A stretch of 57,554 nt of DNA. Source: an uncultured delta proteobacterium. GTDB taxonomy: Bacteria > Desulfobacterota > Binatia > UBA9968. The stretch spans positions 1-57,554 of the forward strand of contig CAWFJP010000026.1 in assembly GCA_963816145.1 (NCBI GenBank). Direction: 5' to 3'. The notes under the pieces were generated by a model. That model was not told the origin of the DNA. It did not search any database and saw nothing but the letters and a program-made list of their open reading frames with translations. Positions 27,932-38,163 of this stretch are shown in pieces (position 1 is the first letter of the stretch; each line of letters starts with the position of its first letter). A program made the position numbers and the translations under genes.

Positions 27932-29679
27932 ATGATCGAGACCGAAGGATTGACCGGCGCCGATACTTTATTGCGCGTGTTATCACATATGGGCGTGGAT
28001 CGAATTTTTTCTTCCCCCGGCTCGGAGTGGGCGCCGGTGTGGGAGGCATTCGCCAAAGCCAAGGCGCAAAGCGAGGGCGTGCCGCAGTATATCAGCTCGC
28101 GTCATGAAGAGGTCGCCGTCGGCATGGCCAGCGGCTACGCCAAGTCGACGGGAAAACTTGCCGCGGTCATGATCCACACGACCGTCGGCGCGCTGCACGC
28201 GACCATGGCGCTGCGCGGTGCGCTGCATGAACAGATTCCCATGGTCGTGTTTACCGGCGAGTCGTTGGGCTTCGGCGAAGAGGCGGGTCCGGACGTCGGC
28301 GCGCAATGGCTCGGCGCTTTGGCCGACATCGGCGGGCCGGCGCGTCTCGTCGATCGCTGCGTTAAATGGAGCTACGGCGTCAATGCGAAATCGCTATTGC
28401 CGTCGACGATTCAGCGCGCCTGCCAACTGGCGATGGGCACGCCGAAGGGACCGGTGTTCGTCTCGCTGCCGATGGAATATTTGTTCGACAAAATGACCAA
28501 GAACGCGGCGGCGGAAAATGTCCCGATTCCGGCGCCCATGGCCGATCCGGCCGCGCTCGACGAATTCGCCGCGTCCCTCGCCAGCGCGAAAAATCCGCTG
28601 ATCATCACCGAGGAGGCAGGACGCGACCCTCAGGTGGTCGAACAACTCGTCGAGCTGGCCGAGCTGCTCGGCGCGGGCGTGGTCGAAAGCCGCGCGTCGA
28701 GCTACATCAACTTTCCGCGCACCCATCCGCTGCACGCTGGCTTCGAGCCGATTGAATTCTTGCCGGAATCGGACGTGATTTTTCTTTTGGGAGTGGTTGC
28801 GCCCTGGCATCCGGCTTCGCGAAAATTAAATCCAGGAACTAAACTCGCGGTCTTGTCAGATAATCCGCTGCGTTCGGAGATGCCTTATTGGGGCTATCCG
28901 GTCAATCAAATTCTTACCGGCGAGATCGCCAGCTCGATGAAGCATCTGCTCGAGGCCGTGAAGAAAAAAGTATCCAAGGGAAATGGCGAGGCCGCGCGCC
29001 GCGCCGAAACCTGGCGCGACCGTCACGCGGCGCGTCGGGCGAGCTGGCAGGAGGACGCGCTCAAGCGCAAAGAGCAAAAACCGATCGACACGCGCTGGGT
29101 TACCCACGAGTTGGCGCAAGTCATTCCAGCCGATGCCATCGTCGTCGAGGAAACCATCACGCACGACTATCGATTCACCGCTATCTCGACATGCTCAAGC
29201 CCGGCACCTTCTTCGCCGGCTGCATCGGCGGGCTCGGCACAGGGACGGGCACCGCTCTGGGCGTCAAGGCGGCGTTTCCCAAGCGGCCAGTTTTGTGTCT
29301 AATCGGCGACGGCGCGTTTAACTACGATCCCGGGCTGGCGGCGCTCGGGGTTTGTCAGGAACACAACTTGCCGATCATGATCGTGCTCTTCAATAATTAC
29401 GGCTACCACTCGCAAAAATCCGGCGTGCCGCGTTTCTTCCCGGAGGGCTTCGCAGTGAAAAACCAGGACTTCATCGGTATCTCGATCAGTCCCAGTCCGG
29501 ACTACGCGATGATCGCGCGCGCCTTCGACGGCTACGGCGAAAAAGTCGAAGAGCCCGGCGAAGTGCGCGCCGCGCTCCAACGCGGTCTCAAAGCGATTGC
29601 CAGCGGGCAGGTGGCGCTGATCGACGTTCGCTTGGCGAAAGCGGCGGAGAGTAATGAGCGGCCGGATCGGGCGAACTGA
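27932..29679 (+). CDS. thiamine pyrophosphate-binding enzyme (ALS/benzoylformate decarboxylase-like); frameshift near 29165
   Basis: PGSEW, RHEEVAVGMASGY and PKGPVFV, then GGLG.G.G and GDGAFNY..FNN in the second frame; RBS AGGAG. Confidence 0.88.
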
Positions 29680-29903
29680 ATGACCCTCTGCTTGAAGCGA
29701 GGGGGTTCTGAATTTGTCGACTGGAAGTCAACTCTTCCGTCCGTCATTCCGGCGCAGGCCGGAATCCAGGTTTTCTTTGGCTTTGCAGCGCGAGCGAAGA
29801 TGGATGCCGGCCTGCGCCGGCATGACGAATCCTCTCTTCGCCTGAAGCATGTCCTGAGCGCTGACGAAGGGGCGAGGGATTTCAAATATCCCCGAAAGGG
29901 ACA
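29676..29903 (-). repeat. R1 composite repeat copy 2
   Basis: Its reverse complement aligns with 1838-2064; it overlaps the upstream gene's stop codon. Confidence 0.9.
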
Positions 29904-30030
29904 TAAATCTCTCTCTCGATCAGCGTTGAAATGCCGCGCATTCCGACGGATCGAAAGTTTGTCATGCCGTTGGAAACCGGCAGGTGACGGGAAAACAGTC
30001 CAACGGCGAATCCCGTAAGGAGAAATATTT

Positions 30031-30459
30031 ATGGCCGACGCGCATATTCTAAGAATCGATTCGTTGCCGGTGGTCGACCGCGGGAACGGCATCCAAACGA
30101 CCCCTTTGGTCACGAAAGAACTCGGCTCGAAGCATATCACGACGGGAATTACACGATTTCCCGTCGGCGCTAAAGTTCCCATGCACTCGCATAACTGCGA
30201 TGAGCAGGTGACGATCCTCGAAGGCGAGGCCGACGCGGAAATCGACGGCCAGAGCCATCGGCGGCTGCACGCATACGACACGACGCTGGTTCCGGCTAAT
30301 CAGCCGCACCGTTTCGTCAACGTCGGCACGACGCCGCTGGCGATCCTATGGATCTATACTTCCACTGAAGTGACCCGCACCTTTGCAGAAACCGGCGAAA
30401 CCGTCGCCCATCTTTCCGAGCGGGATCTGGTGAGTCCACTCGCTCCTAAAGCAAAGTAA
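30031..30459 (+). CDS. cupin domain protein
   Basis: RBS AAGGAG; MHSHNCDEQVTILEG and PANQPHRFVN. Confidence 0.9.
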   Translation: MADAHILRIDSLPVVDRGNGIQTTPLVTKELGSKHITTGITRFPVGAKVPMHSHNCDEQVTILEGEADAEIDGQSHRRLHAYDTTLVPANQPHRFVNVGTTPLAILWIYTSTEVTRTFAETGETVAHLSERDLVSPLAPKAK

Positions 30460-30504
30460 AAATTTCCGCACGCCGTGAATCTGCCACAAGCCATGCGGAC
30501 GGGC

Positions 30505-31518
30505 TCAGAGGTGTAGCAAATTTTGCGCATTGCCCTCTAGAATCATTTGCTTCTCGGTTGCCGCACAAGGCAAAGCTTCGACTTTGTCGACGCCCTGCCA
30601 GTCGCCGAGGATATAAGGAAAGTCGGTGCCGAGGATCAGATGGTCCGCTCCGACTTTGCGGCGGAGAAAATCGAGGGTCTCGACGTCGTAGACTAGCGTG
30701 TCGAAGTAGAGGTTCTTGATATACGCGCTTGGCACAGACGCGCATTTTGGCGCGTTGGGCCGGTCGGCACGCCGGGTGGCCTGTTTGCCGGTGGTAAATT
30801 CGCGGTCGAAGCGGCTCACATGATAAGGGAAGAAACCGCCGCCGTGGCAAGTGCATATCTTTAGCTTGGGAAATCGGTCGAAGACGCCGCTGAAGATCAG
30901 CATACCGAGTGACAGTGTGGTGTCAGCAGGGTTGCCGCAGACGAGCCTGAGACCGAAGGAACCCATAAGCTCGGTTCCCGCAGGATTGTCAGGGTGCATG
31001 AAGACGAGCACGTCCAACTCCTGCGCCATGGCCCAGAACACATCGAAGTCTTGGCTGTCGTAGTAGCGGTGATTGACGTTGGTGGCGATGTACGCGCCGC
31101 GAAAATCGAGTTCAGTGACCGCGTGCTCTAAGACTCGCGCCGCCCGGGCTGGCTCTTGAATCGGCACGGCCGCCATGGCGGTAAAACGATCGGGATGTTG
31201 TTTGAGAAATTCTTTGACGCATTCGTTATAGATGCGGCACCAGGTCTCGGCCTGGTCGCCTTTGAGATCATAGCCTAGAAGTTGCGTACTCGGATCGAGA
31301 GCGGCGAGGGCGATCTTACCCTTCTCCATCATTTCTAGCCGCGGTGTCTCATCGCACAAGCCCTGAAGCAGTGGATATCCGGGGCCGCTGTTGAAGGAAA
31401 AGTAACATAGACCGTCTTTGCCTTCCGTGACCGCGATGCCGAGGACGGAACCGTGACGTTTCGCCTCGCCAACGATTTCACTGGGGACGAAATGATGATG
31501 GATATCGATGGCGCCCAT
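30505..31518 (-). CDS. amidohydrolase_2 family, ACMSD-like
   Basis: IDIHHH, VFMHP, GNPADTT, CHGGGFFPY, YFDTLV and GTDFPY. Confidence 0.9.
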   Translation of the reverse strand: MGAIDIHHHFVPSEIVGEAKRHGSVLGIAVTEGKDGLCYFSFNSGPGYPLLQGLCDETPRLEMMEKGKIALAALDPSTQLLGYDLKGDQAETWCRIYNECVKEFLKQHPDRFTAMAAVPIQEPARAARVLEHAVTELDFRGAYIATNVNHRYYDSQDFDVFWAMAQELDVLVFMHPDNPAGTELMGSFGLRLVCGNPADTTLSLGMLIFSGVFDRFPKLKICTCHGGGFFPYHVSRFDREFTTGKQATRRADRPNAPKCASVPSAYIKNLYFDTLVYDVETLDFLRRKVGADHLILGTDFPYILGDWQGVDKVEALPCAATEKQMILEGNAQNLLHL

Positions 31519-31622
31519 GGCTTTTCCGAATAATGGCCTTCGAATTAATAAAGCTCGGATTTTGCGAGCTTCGCGGAAATCTTAGTGTCTCCGACATGCG
31601 CTACTTCATGCGCACAAGACTG

Positions 31623-31907
31623 TTCACCACGAAGTGTTGATGATTTTAGGCTCGTCCACAGATAATGAAATTGCCCTCAGCCCCCTCCCTCTCCCATCGG
31701 AATGGGCGAGGGGGTTTTCGGCCGCAGAGCATTGAACGTCTTTGTCTGCTTTCAATTACCCTCGCCCGCTATGCGGGAGACGGGAAGCGGTCTGAGGGAT
31801 CTCTATCCGCACAGCGCCAGATGTATTTTCAAAGGAGGCACTACGGACATGACGGTTCGGAAAATTAAGTTTCCGGACTTCGTGCTCTTCGTGCCTTCGT
31901 GGTGAAA
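31623..31907 (-). mobile_element. R2 repeat filled with an insert homologous to 8591-8781
   Basis: Same insertion point and insert ends (CTCCTTTGAAAATA...TTATCTGTGGACGAG); the internal sequence matches the 8.6-kb copy. Confidence 0.8.
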
Positions 31908-31956
31908 GCATTTGCGATTCCAGCTCCGATGCAACACGCTTGCGTCGTGCACCTTC

Positions 31957-33042
31957 TCACGCGCCGAACGCCGACGTAACTTTCTGGTGGCCGCCATTTT
32001 CGCTGAATTCTTCTTCGTAGTAGAGACCGAGCGCTTGGAGCACGGGGGCGTCTTGGATCGAGAACAGCACCGCGTCGGCTTTGGCCGAGCTGTTGATATG
32101 TTCGTGCAGCGACCAGGGCGGCAGGGCGATGATGTCGCCCTTGCTCCAGCCGAAGCTCTTCCCATCGATGATCGTCCGGCCTTGGCCTTGGACGACATGG
32201 TAGACCGCGCTGCCGGTGTGGCGGTGCGCTTGGGTGTGTTCGTTGGGCCGCAGCAGCTGGATGCGGCAGCCCATGGTCGGCAGCACCGTGCCGCCGGTTT
32301 GCGGATGGCGATATTCCAGAGAGATGCCGTCGAACGCGCTGCCGGTCTGGCCGCGCAGGGCGTCCAACGCTTTCCAGGTTTGCTCCCATGAGTACAACAG
32401 CAGCGGCGATGCGTTGGTCTTTTCTTTTACCCATGTCGGATTCAATTGCCCGGTGCCGTACAGCGCCAGGGAAGTGTGCGCCGGGCGTGAAGCCGGCACT
32501 TGGGTCTGCGTGTAGAACTGAAAGAACATCGCTTCCAGCGATGCGATCAATGGAATGTCGAGGCCGTCCATCCAGACGATGCGGTCTTTGGTCTCGTTGC
32601 CGTGATCGTGCCAGGACCAACTGGGCGTCAGGATCAAATCCCCCGGCTCCATGTAGACGCGCTCGCCGTCGACGGCGGTGTAGGCGCCGCTGCCTTCGAT
32701 GATGAAGCGGATCGCCGTCGGCGTGTGGCGGTGTGCGCGCGCCACTTCGCCGGGAAGTAACACTTGGACGGCAGCGATCAGATTATTCGTCGTCGCCCAG
32801 CGGCCGTCCAGCCCCGGATTAAATAACTGCAAAGCCCGCCGCTCGTCGCCCACCGGCACGGCTAGGGTCGATTCCGTGACGATCGGTTCCAATGTCGACC
32901 AGGGCCACATGTGGGCGATCATTTTGGGCTGCGGCTGAGAAGTCATTTGGCTGGCGAGTTCCCATAGGCCGTACATGTTGTTGGCGTGCATGCGCTGGTG
33001 AAACGCTTCGCGAGCGGCATCGAATGGCTGTTCGGCTTTCAT
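31957..33042 (-). CDS. gtdA: gentisate 1,2-dioxygenase-like bicupin
   Basis: ERRALQLFNPG, PGEVARAHRHTPTAIRF, WHDHGN, WMDGLDIP, HRHTGSAVY and QALGLY. Confidence 0.85.
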   Translation of the reverse strand: MKAEQPFDAAREAFHQRMHANNMYGLWELASQMTSQPQPKMIAHMWPWSTLEPIVTESTLAVPVGDERRALQLFNPGLDGRWATTNNLIAAVQVLLPGEVARAHRHTPTAIRFIIEGSGAYTAVDGERVYMEPGDLILTPSWSWHDHGNETKDRIVWMDGLDIPLIASLEAMFFQFYTQTQVPASRPAHTSLALYGTGQLNPTWVKEKTNASPLLLYSWEQTWKALDALRGQTGSAFDGISLEYRHPQTGGTVLPTMGCRIQLLRPNEHTQAHRHTGSAVYHVVQGQGRTIIDGKSFGWSKGDIIALPPWSLHEHINSSAKADAVLFSIQDAPVLQALGLYYEEEFSENGGHQKVTSAFGA

Positions 33043-33128
33043 ATTCTGTCCTCTCGATTACGAAATTTCGGCCGGCCATCGCGCGACTCTAGATTCTGGG
33101 GCGCGCCGCCGAGACGTTCTCGCAGAAA

Positions 33129-33157
33129 ACGCTAATACGGTTACCGATGGCGGTCAA
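33129..33157 (-). promoter_or_regulatory. sigma70-like promoter for the cupin dioxygenase
   Basis: TTGACC-N17-TAGCGT on the minus strand. Confidence 0.45.
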
Positions 33158-33389
33158 GGGATGGCACGCAGGAGCGGCTTATCGTGCTGACCGCTAATCC
33201 CTGCGCTAGGGTGAAGCTCTTCACAGACAGTCATCGATAAATTCAGGTCGATTGACCTTCCATTCCGATTCTTTATTGTCGTTGCAGTTATGGTCAATTG
33301 ACGACAACGATGTCAATTCAACGGACTCAAAGACGCAAACCAGCGCCGATAGACAGTTCCTTTGGTTTGGTTGAAGTTTCACGTACTGC

Positions 33390-33405
33390 TGGCACTTTGC
33401 TTGCT
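33390..33405 (+). promoter_or_regulatory. sigma54 (-24/-12) promoter
   Basis: TGGCAC-TTTGC-TTGCT is an exact TGGCAC-N5-TTGCW match about 70 bp before ATG 33478. Confidence 0.7.
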
Positions 33406-33477
33406 GATTGCTATTCCGTTTTTAACGAAGACTCATTCCTCTGTCCGAAAACTGGTTCTGTCAACAAGGAGGTTTCG

Positions 33478-34008
33478 ATGGCCCTGTGGAATCAAGCGAC
33501 CCCTGAAAGCAGTTCAGAAAAGCCGGTGGCGCCGGCTCCAACAGTTACTTCGACCGCTATTCCGGTCGCGACGGTTTCAGCGCCGAATCCGGCACCGGCG
33601 CCGAAGGAAAGCTCAACCGCCAATCGCCGCGAGTCGGTATTCGGTCCCGGCGTGACCATAGAAGGAAAGATCGAAGGCGACGCCGATATTCGCATCGGCG
33701 GCAAGTTCAAGGGCGATATTCATATCAAAGGCGATCTCAACCTCGACAAGGGCGCCAAGGTATCAGCGAAGGTCCATGCCGCCAATGTGACTATCGGCGG
33801 CGAGCTTGAAGGCAACGTGGTCGCCGCCGCTCAAGTGAAACTCCTCGAATCCGGTCAGCTGATTGGCGATCTGAAGGCGGCCACATTGACGGTGGCCGCC
33901 GGCTCGCGCATGCGCGGCAATGTCGAGTTTGGCTGGAGCGCCAGCGAGTCCGCCAAATTCGTCAATGGCCATGCCCACGAACCGGAAAAAGCCGGAGCCG
34001 CCGGATGA
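33478..34008 (+). CDS. bactofilin (polymer-forming cytoskeletal protein)
   Basis: RBS AAGGAGG; Pro/Ala/Thr-rich N-terminus; SVFGPGVTIEGKI..IRIGGKFKGDI..V.IGGELEGNV..GDL.A.TL.V..G...G repeats. Confidence 0.92.
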   Translation: MALWNQATPESSSEKPVAPAPTVTSTAIPVATVSAPNPAPAPKESSTANRRESVFGPGVTIEGKIEGDADIRIGGKFKGDIHIKGDLNLDKGAKVSAKVHAANVTIGGELEGNVVAAAQVKLLESGQLIGDLKAATLTVAAGSRMRGNVEFGWSASESAKFVNGHAHEPEKAGAAG

Positions 34009-34340
34009 AAGCCGGGCAAGTCCTGGCCGGCGAATCGCGCAGCTGCCCTCACTGCAAAGCGACGATACTCAAGAGCGCGGCTAGCTGTCCGATATGCCGC
34101 CACAACTTGCGCTTTGTTGCGCTCGGCGCCGAGCCGCGAGCCAATCCGACGAGTTGCCCGCTCTGGGTCGAAGGCACGCTCAAAAACGCCGGCGACGACG
34201 GGGCGCTGGAATATTTTCTATTGATGGAAGTCCGCGACGAGGCCGGTAATGTAATCTCGCGGCAAAGTGTCGGCGTCGGCGCGATCCCGCAGGCGTCAAA
34301 GAGGATCTTTTCTCTGCGCATCGAAACGACTCCGGCTTGA
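34005..34340 (+). CDS. zinc-ribbon (CPHC..CPIC) protein with an FxLYD-like C-terminal domain
   Basis: ATGA overlap with the bactofilin stop; two CxxC motifs; VEGTLKNAGD...EVRDEAGNVI. Confidence 0.75.
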   Translation: MKAGQVLAGESRSCPHCKATILKSAASCPICRHNLRFVALGAEPRANPTSCPLWVEGTLKNAGDDGALEYFLLMEVRDEAGNVISRQSVGVGAIPQASKRIFSLRIETTPA

Positions 34341-34366
34341 TTGCGCCGCTTACTTGAGGGGACATT

Positions 34367-34658
34367 TATCACCACGAAGGACACGAAGCGCACGAAGGTA
34401 AGAAAGTTTGAGATTCCGAACTTCGTGGCCTTCGTGCGCTCCTTTGAAAATAAGCCTGCGAAGATGATCTACCGAACGAAGAGACCGCCTCGCTCCGTCA
34501 TACCCGCGAAAGCGGGTATCCAGGCTCATTCGGCTCTGAACAAACCTGGATTGCCGCCTGCGCGGGAATGACAATTCGAAGAGAGGATCATGTCAAGGGA
34601 GATCCTCCAATTTTATATTCTGTAGACGAGTGTCAGCTCATGGTTACTTCGTGGTGAA
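34367..34658 (+). mobile_element. R2 repeat filled with a 209-bp insert (34438-34646) carrying a GTCATACCCGCGAAAGCGGGTATCCA REP pair
   Basis: Same insert ends as the 8.6-kb and 31.7-kb copies (CTCCTTTGAAAATAAG...TCTGTAGACGAG) but an unrelated interior. Confidence 0.75.
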
Positions 34659-34691
34659 AAGCGAATTTGCTTCCGCCGCCAGCAGAATCAA

Positions 34692-35792
34692 TTAGCACAG
34701 ATTTGCCAGTATCGGTCTCAACGCTTCGGCGACGCCGTTGGCGATCTGATGCATCCCCGCGTCGTTGGGATGGACGCGGTCGGTGACGAGTAGGAATAGC
34801 GGATCGTTGACCATTGCCAGGCCGTCGGCCAGGTGCAGGTTTTGGTCGGAGTTCTGCCGCTGGCAGACGACGCGGCTGATGCCTTCGCGGTACAACTCCG
34901 GGCGCTCGCCGTTTTGATTGCCGCCGCGTTCTAGATCGGCGCGGTTCAAGATCGGCGTGACGCAGAGGATCGGTTTAGCCGGCGCCACGGCTCTGATCGT
35001 GGCGAGAAAGGCGTCGTACTTCGCCGCATATTGCGCCGCGGTTTCGGCCTTGCCGTAGGCGTCGGTTCCTGCGAAGGAGTTGGTTCCGAGCATGATCGAC
35101 AGCACGTCCCAGTCGTTGCGGCCGGCGATGGTCTGAGCGACGATGTTGTCGGCCCAGGCGGTGCCGCCGAAGCCGAAGTTGATGCCGATGCAGTTCAACT
35201 GCTCGGCGGCCTGCCAGACATAGGTTTCCCGCGGGCTGGTGACGCCATGTCCCTGGGTGATCGAGTCGCCGTGAAAAAACACCCGCGGCCGGGCATCCGG
35301 CGCCGCTTGCTCTAGTGTCGCGCCGGCGTCGATGCCGATGGCGTGCAAAATAATTTCAGAATTACGGTAGTAGAAGGGCAGCAGCACTTGGAGTTCCGCC
35401 AGGCCGGCGATTGCGCGATCGTTGAAGATCGTGACTTCTTGCAGTTCGAAATGGGTCAGCGCCGCCATGCTGGCGGCATACTTACCGTCGCGGTAGAGAG
35501 AGAAGAAATTCGGCCGCGAGCGTTCCCAGCCCGATGCCGGTGTCGCCGGCGGCGTGTCCGGCGCGTCGAAAAACGTGACGCGAAAAACTAATTTCTTGGA
35601 ATCCGTGCGAAAACGCACTGCCATGCCCGCCGAGGACATGGCGCGGCGCGCGGTCTTTTTCGGCCATTGGTTGCGCCAAGTTTTCCCGACGCGCACCGGC
35701 TGCATGCCATCGCCTATAGTTTCCCAATCGGCGACATTGAGCCAATCGAACCGTTGATCGCGCGGATCGAGCCATTGCATCCCGTCAGTCAT
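34692..35792 (-). CDS. SGNH/GDSL hydrolase family protein
   Basis: GDSITQG, NFGFGG, GTN and DRVHP blocks. Confidence 0.9.
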   Translation of the reverse strand: MTDGMQWLDPRDQRFDWLNVADWETIGDGMQPVRVGKTWRNQWPKKTARRAMSSAGMAVRFRTDSKKLVFRVTFFDAPDTPPATPASGWERSRPNFFSLYRDGKYAASMAALTHFELQEVTIFNDRAIAGLAELQVLLPFYYRNSEIILHAIGIDAGATLEQAAPDARPRVFFHGDSITQGHGVTSPRETYVWQAAEQLNCIGINFGFGGTAWADNIVAQTIAGRNDWDVLSIMLGTNSFAGTDAYGKAETAAQYAAKYDAFLATIRAVAPAKPILCVTPILNRADLERGGNQNGERPELYREGISRVVCQRQNSDQNLHLADGLAMVNDPLFLLVTDRVHPNDAGMHQIANGVAEALRPILANLC

Positions 35793-35805
35793 TTTTTACT
35801 TTCTA

Positions 35806-36849
35806 CTAATCTCCCAGCGCCGGCATCACCTTGGCGCCGAACAACTCCAGCGAGTGCATCACCTGCTCATGTTTCAAAGCGCCGAACTGGAACATGCCGA
35901 CCAGGCTGTCGGGCTTGGCGGTTGTGATCATTTGGCGAGCTTTCTTGATCACCGTGTCGGGGCTGCCGATGAGCGAAGTGCCCCATTCGTCCAACCGCTT
36001 GATCGTCAAACCGCCGGGATAGTAGGCGTAGCGTTCGGTAAAGCGCGTCAGATCCGCTTCGGAGACCGTCTCGCCGCGCCAGTAGTTGTCGGTAGCGAGC
36101 TGCCAGAAGCGCATGATCTCGGGTACGGCTTCGCGCCATGCTTGTTCGTCGGTGTCGGCGACGTAGATGTCGCGCACCATGATGGCGTCGCCTTTGCCAT
36201 TGGGATAGCCAAGGTTGGCAAGCTCGCCGCGGTACTTCTCGATGGCTTTGGCGCAGTTCGAGAGCGGCTGGCGTGACAGGGCGAGATTCCAACCGCGCCG
36301 CGCCACCATCGCCGGGCTGTCAGGCGAGGTCGCGCCGTAGTAGATCGGCGGATGCGGTTTCTGCAGCGGTTGCGGCCGGCAGGAGATTTCTTCGTAAGCC
36401 CAAGCTTTCCCCGAGTAGCTGAAGGTTTCGCCGGTCCAAGCGCGCATGAGAATCTCGATGCCCTCTTCGAAACGCGCCTGGGCGGTGTCGCGGTCGAGGC
36501 GATGCTTCATATCGTCCTTGGGCACGCCGCGGCCAAGGCCGATGTTCAGCCGGCCGCCGGTCATGATATCGAGCATGGCGCACTCTTCGGCCAGGCGCAT
36601 GGGGTCGTACAGCGGCAATACGCTGACCAAGTTGCCGAAGCGCAGCCGGACGGTGCGCCGCGCCAATGCGGCGATCATCAAGTTGGGTGACGCCAACATG
36701 CCGTAGTCGGAGTGATGATGCTCGGCAAACCAGGCTTCGTTGAAATGGAGCTTCTCGGTCAGCTCGATTTGTTCGAGCAGTTCGTCAAAGGCCTGCTTCT
36801 CTGGCACCCAAGGGCGCCTTTGATTGTAGCTGAACGTGCCGAATCGCAT
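35806..36849 (-). CDS. LLM class flavin-dependent oxidoreductase
   Basis: WFAEHH, PMRLAEECAMLD..TGGRLNIGLGRG, PLQKPHPP and IGSPDTV. Confidence 0.93.
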   Translation of the reverse strand: MRFGTFSYNQRRPWVPEKQAFDELLEQIELTEKLHFNEAWFAEHHHSDYGMLASPNLMIAALARRTVRLRFGNLVSVLPLYDPMRLAEECAMLDIMTGGRLNIGLGRGVPKDDMKHRLDRDTAQARFEEGIEILMRAWTGETFSYSGKAWAYEEISCRPQPLQKPHPPIYYGATSPDSPAMVARRGWNLALSRQPLSNCAKAIEKYRGELANLGYPNGKGDAIMVRDIYVADTDEQAWREAVPEIMRFWQLATDNYWRGETVSEADLTRFTERYAYYPGGLTIKRLDEWGTSLIGSPDTVIKKARQMITTAKPDSLVGMFQFGALKHEQVMHSLELFGAKVMPALGD

Positions 36850-36886
36850 ATTTTGTCCTCAGTACCAACTAAGATTTGCTTGACGG

Positions 36887-36916
36887 AACCTAGCCGATGA
36901 CTTGCTACGCTGTCAA
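36887..36916 (-). promoter_or_regulatory. sigma70-like promoter
   Basis: TTGACA-N18-TAGGTT on the minus strand. Confidence 0.45.
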
Positions 36917-36992
36917 TGCATGAAGCAGAGACGCAGACTGAACGTTCTGGCCTGATCCATCATGTCACCTGGGTTGACAACCGCTGGACAAT

Positions 36993-37019
36993 TGTCATTT
37001 CGAGCGCAGCGAGAAATCT
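36993..37019. repeat. R3 REP-like palindrome
   Basis: TGTCATTTCGAGCGCAGCGAGAAATCT. Confidence 0.8.
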
Positions 37020-37077
37020 CTTCGGTCCCAAGCAGCTACAGCCAAATTCATCTGAAAGACGACCAAAGGCGGCCAGC

Positions 37078-38052
37078 TTACCTCCCGCTGCCGAGTTCCT
37101 TCACCACCCGGTTGAGCGGGCCGAAGTCGGCGACTTGGCTGAGCGGGATTTCATTTTTTACTTTGAGCAGTTCGCGCTGCTCGTCAATGATGTCCTGGAC
37201 CACAGCGTCGCTGACCCGGCCGTCTGGGCTCATCGCTCTCAGGTAAAAATCCAGCGTGCCGTCGAGCGTATTGCGATCGAGCCCGGGAAACTCTTTCATC
37301 AGGATCGGCAGCGACTCCTGCTTGTGTTCGCGGGTGTAGATCATGCTGCGCACGCTGGCGCGCAGAAAGCGCGCCACTTGATCGGGCCGCTCCGTCAGTT
37401 TCTTCGAGCTCGTGCTCAGGCCATTCGACGGCGTGTCGCCGAGGATGTCGCCCAACCAGACCAGATTGCGCATGCCTTTCTGCTCGGCCATCACCGTGTA
37501 GGGAGGCGTCAGGATCGCCGCCTCGATGGCGCCGGAGAGCAGCGACTGAAAGCGCACACTGGTGTCACCCATGGCGACCAGCGTCACATCGCGCAGGGCT
37601 TCGAGCCCCGCCGGCTTGATCGCTTCGCGCGCGGCCTTGTCGGTGGAGCTGGCGAAGCCGGAGATGGCGATACGCTTACCTTTCAAGTCTTGCACGCGTT
37701 TGATCTCCGGCTGCGCGTAGAGAAAAAAGCTTTGCTTTGTGATCAGCGTCGCGATGACCTTGAGCGGCAAGCCGGACACCGCGGAGCGAATCGTCGAACC
37801 GTAGATCGTCGTGTAGTCGAGCTCGCCGGAGAGCAGCGCCGGGATGATGATGCCGCTGCGCATGACGATGAACTGCGGCGCTAGTCCTTCGCTGCGATAG
37901 ATGCCGGTCTTGATGCCGACGTAGAAAGGCGAGAAGTCGACCAGCTTGCCAGGGATGCCGATGCGCACGGTTTCGAGCGCCGGTTGTGCGGCTTTGCTCG
38001 CCAGGGGAGCTGCGATTATGGATAGAATGAGTAGAACGGCGCGTCCAAGCAT
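37078..38052 (-). CDS. ABC substrate-binding protein, NMT1/SsuA-like
   Basis: Signal peptide, ALLSGELDY, DLKGKRIAI and ILTPPY motifs. Confidence 0.92.
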   Translation of the reverse strand: MLGRAVLLILSIIAAPLASKAAQPALETVRIGIPGKLVDFSPFYVGIKTGIYRSEGLAPQFIVMRSGIIIPALLSGELDYTTIYGSTIRSAVSGLPLKVIATLITKQSFFLYAQPEIKRVQDLKGKRIAISGFASSTDKAAREAIKPAGLEALRDVTLVAMGDTSVRFQSLLSGAIEAAILTPPYTVMAEQKGMRNLVWLGDILGDTPSNGLSTSSKKLTERPDQVARFLRASVRSMIYTREHKQESLPILMKEFPGLDRNTLDGTLDFYLRAMSPDGRVSDAVVQDIIDEQRELLKVKNEIPLSQVADFGPLNRVVKELGSGR

Positions 38053-38163
38053 CTCGGCGATACTATCAATTTTTGTCCGCCGAAGGGAAGGATTCCATTT
38101 GACGGCGCGGTTTTGTTTCGGCTAGGTTTCAGTTTCCATAATGAATGACCGGAGGAATTCCAT

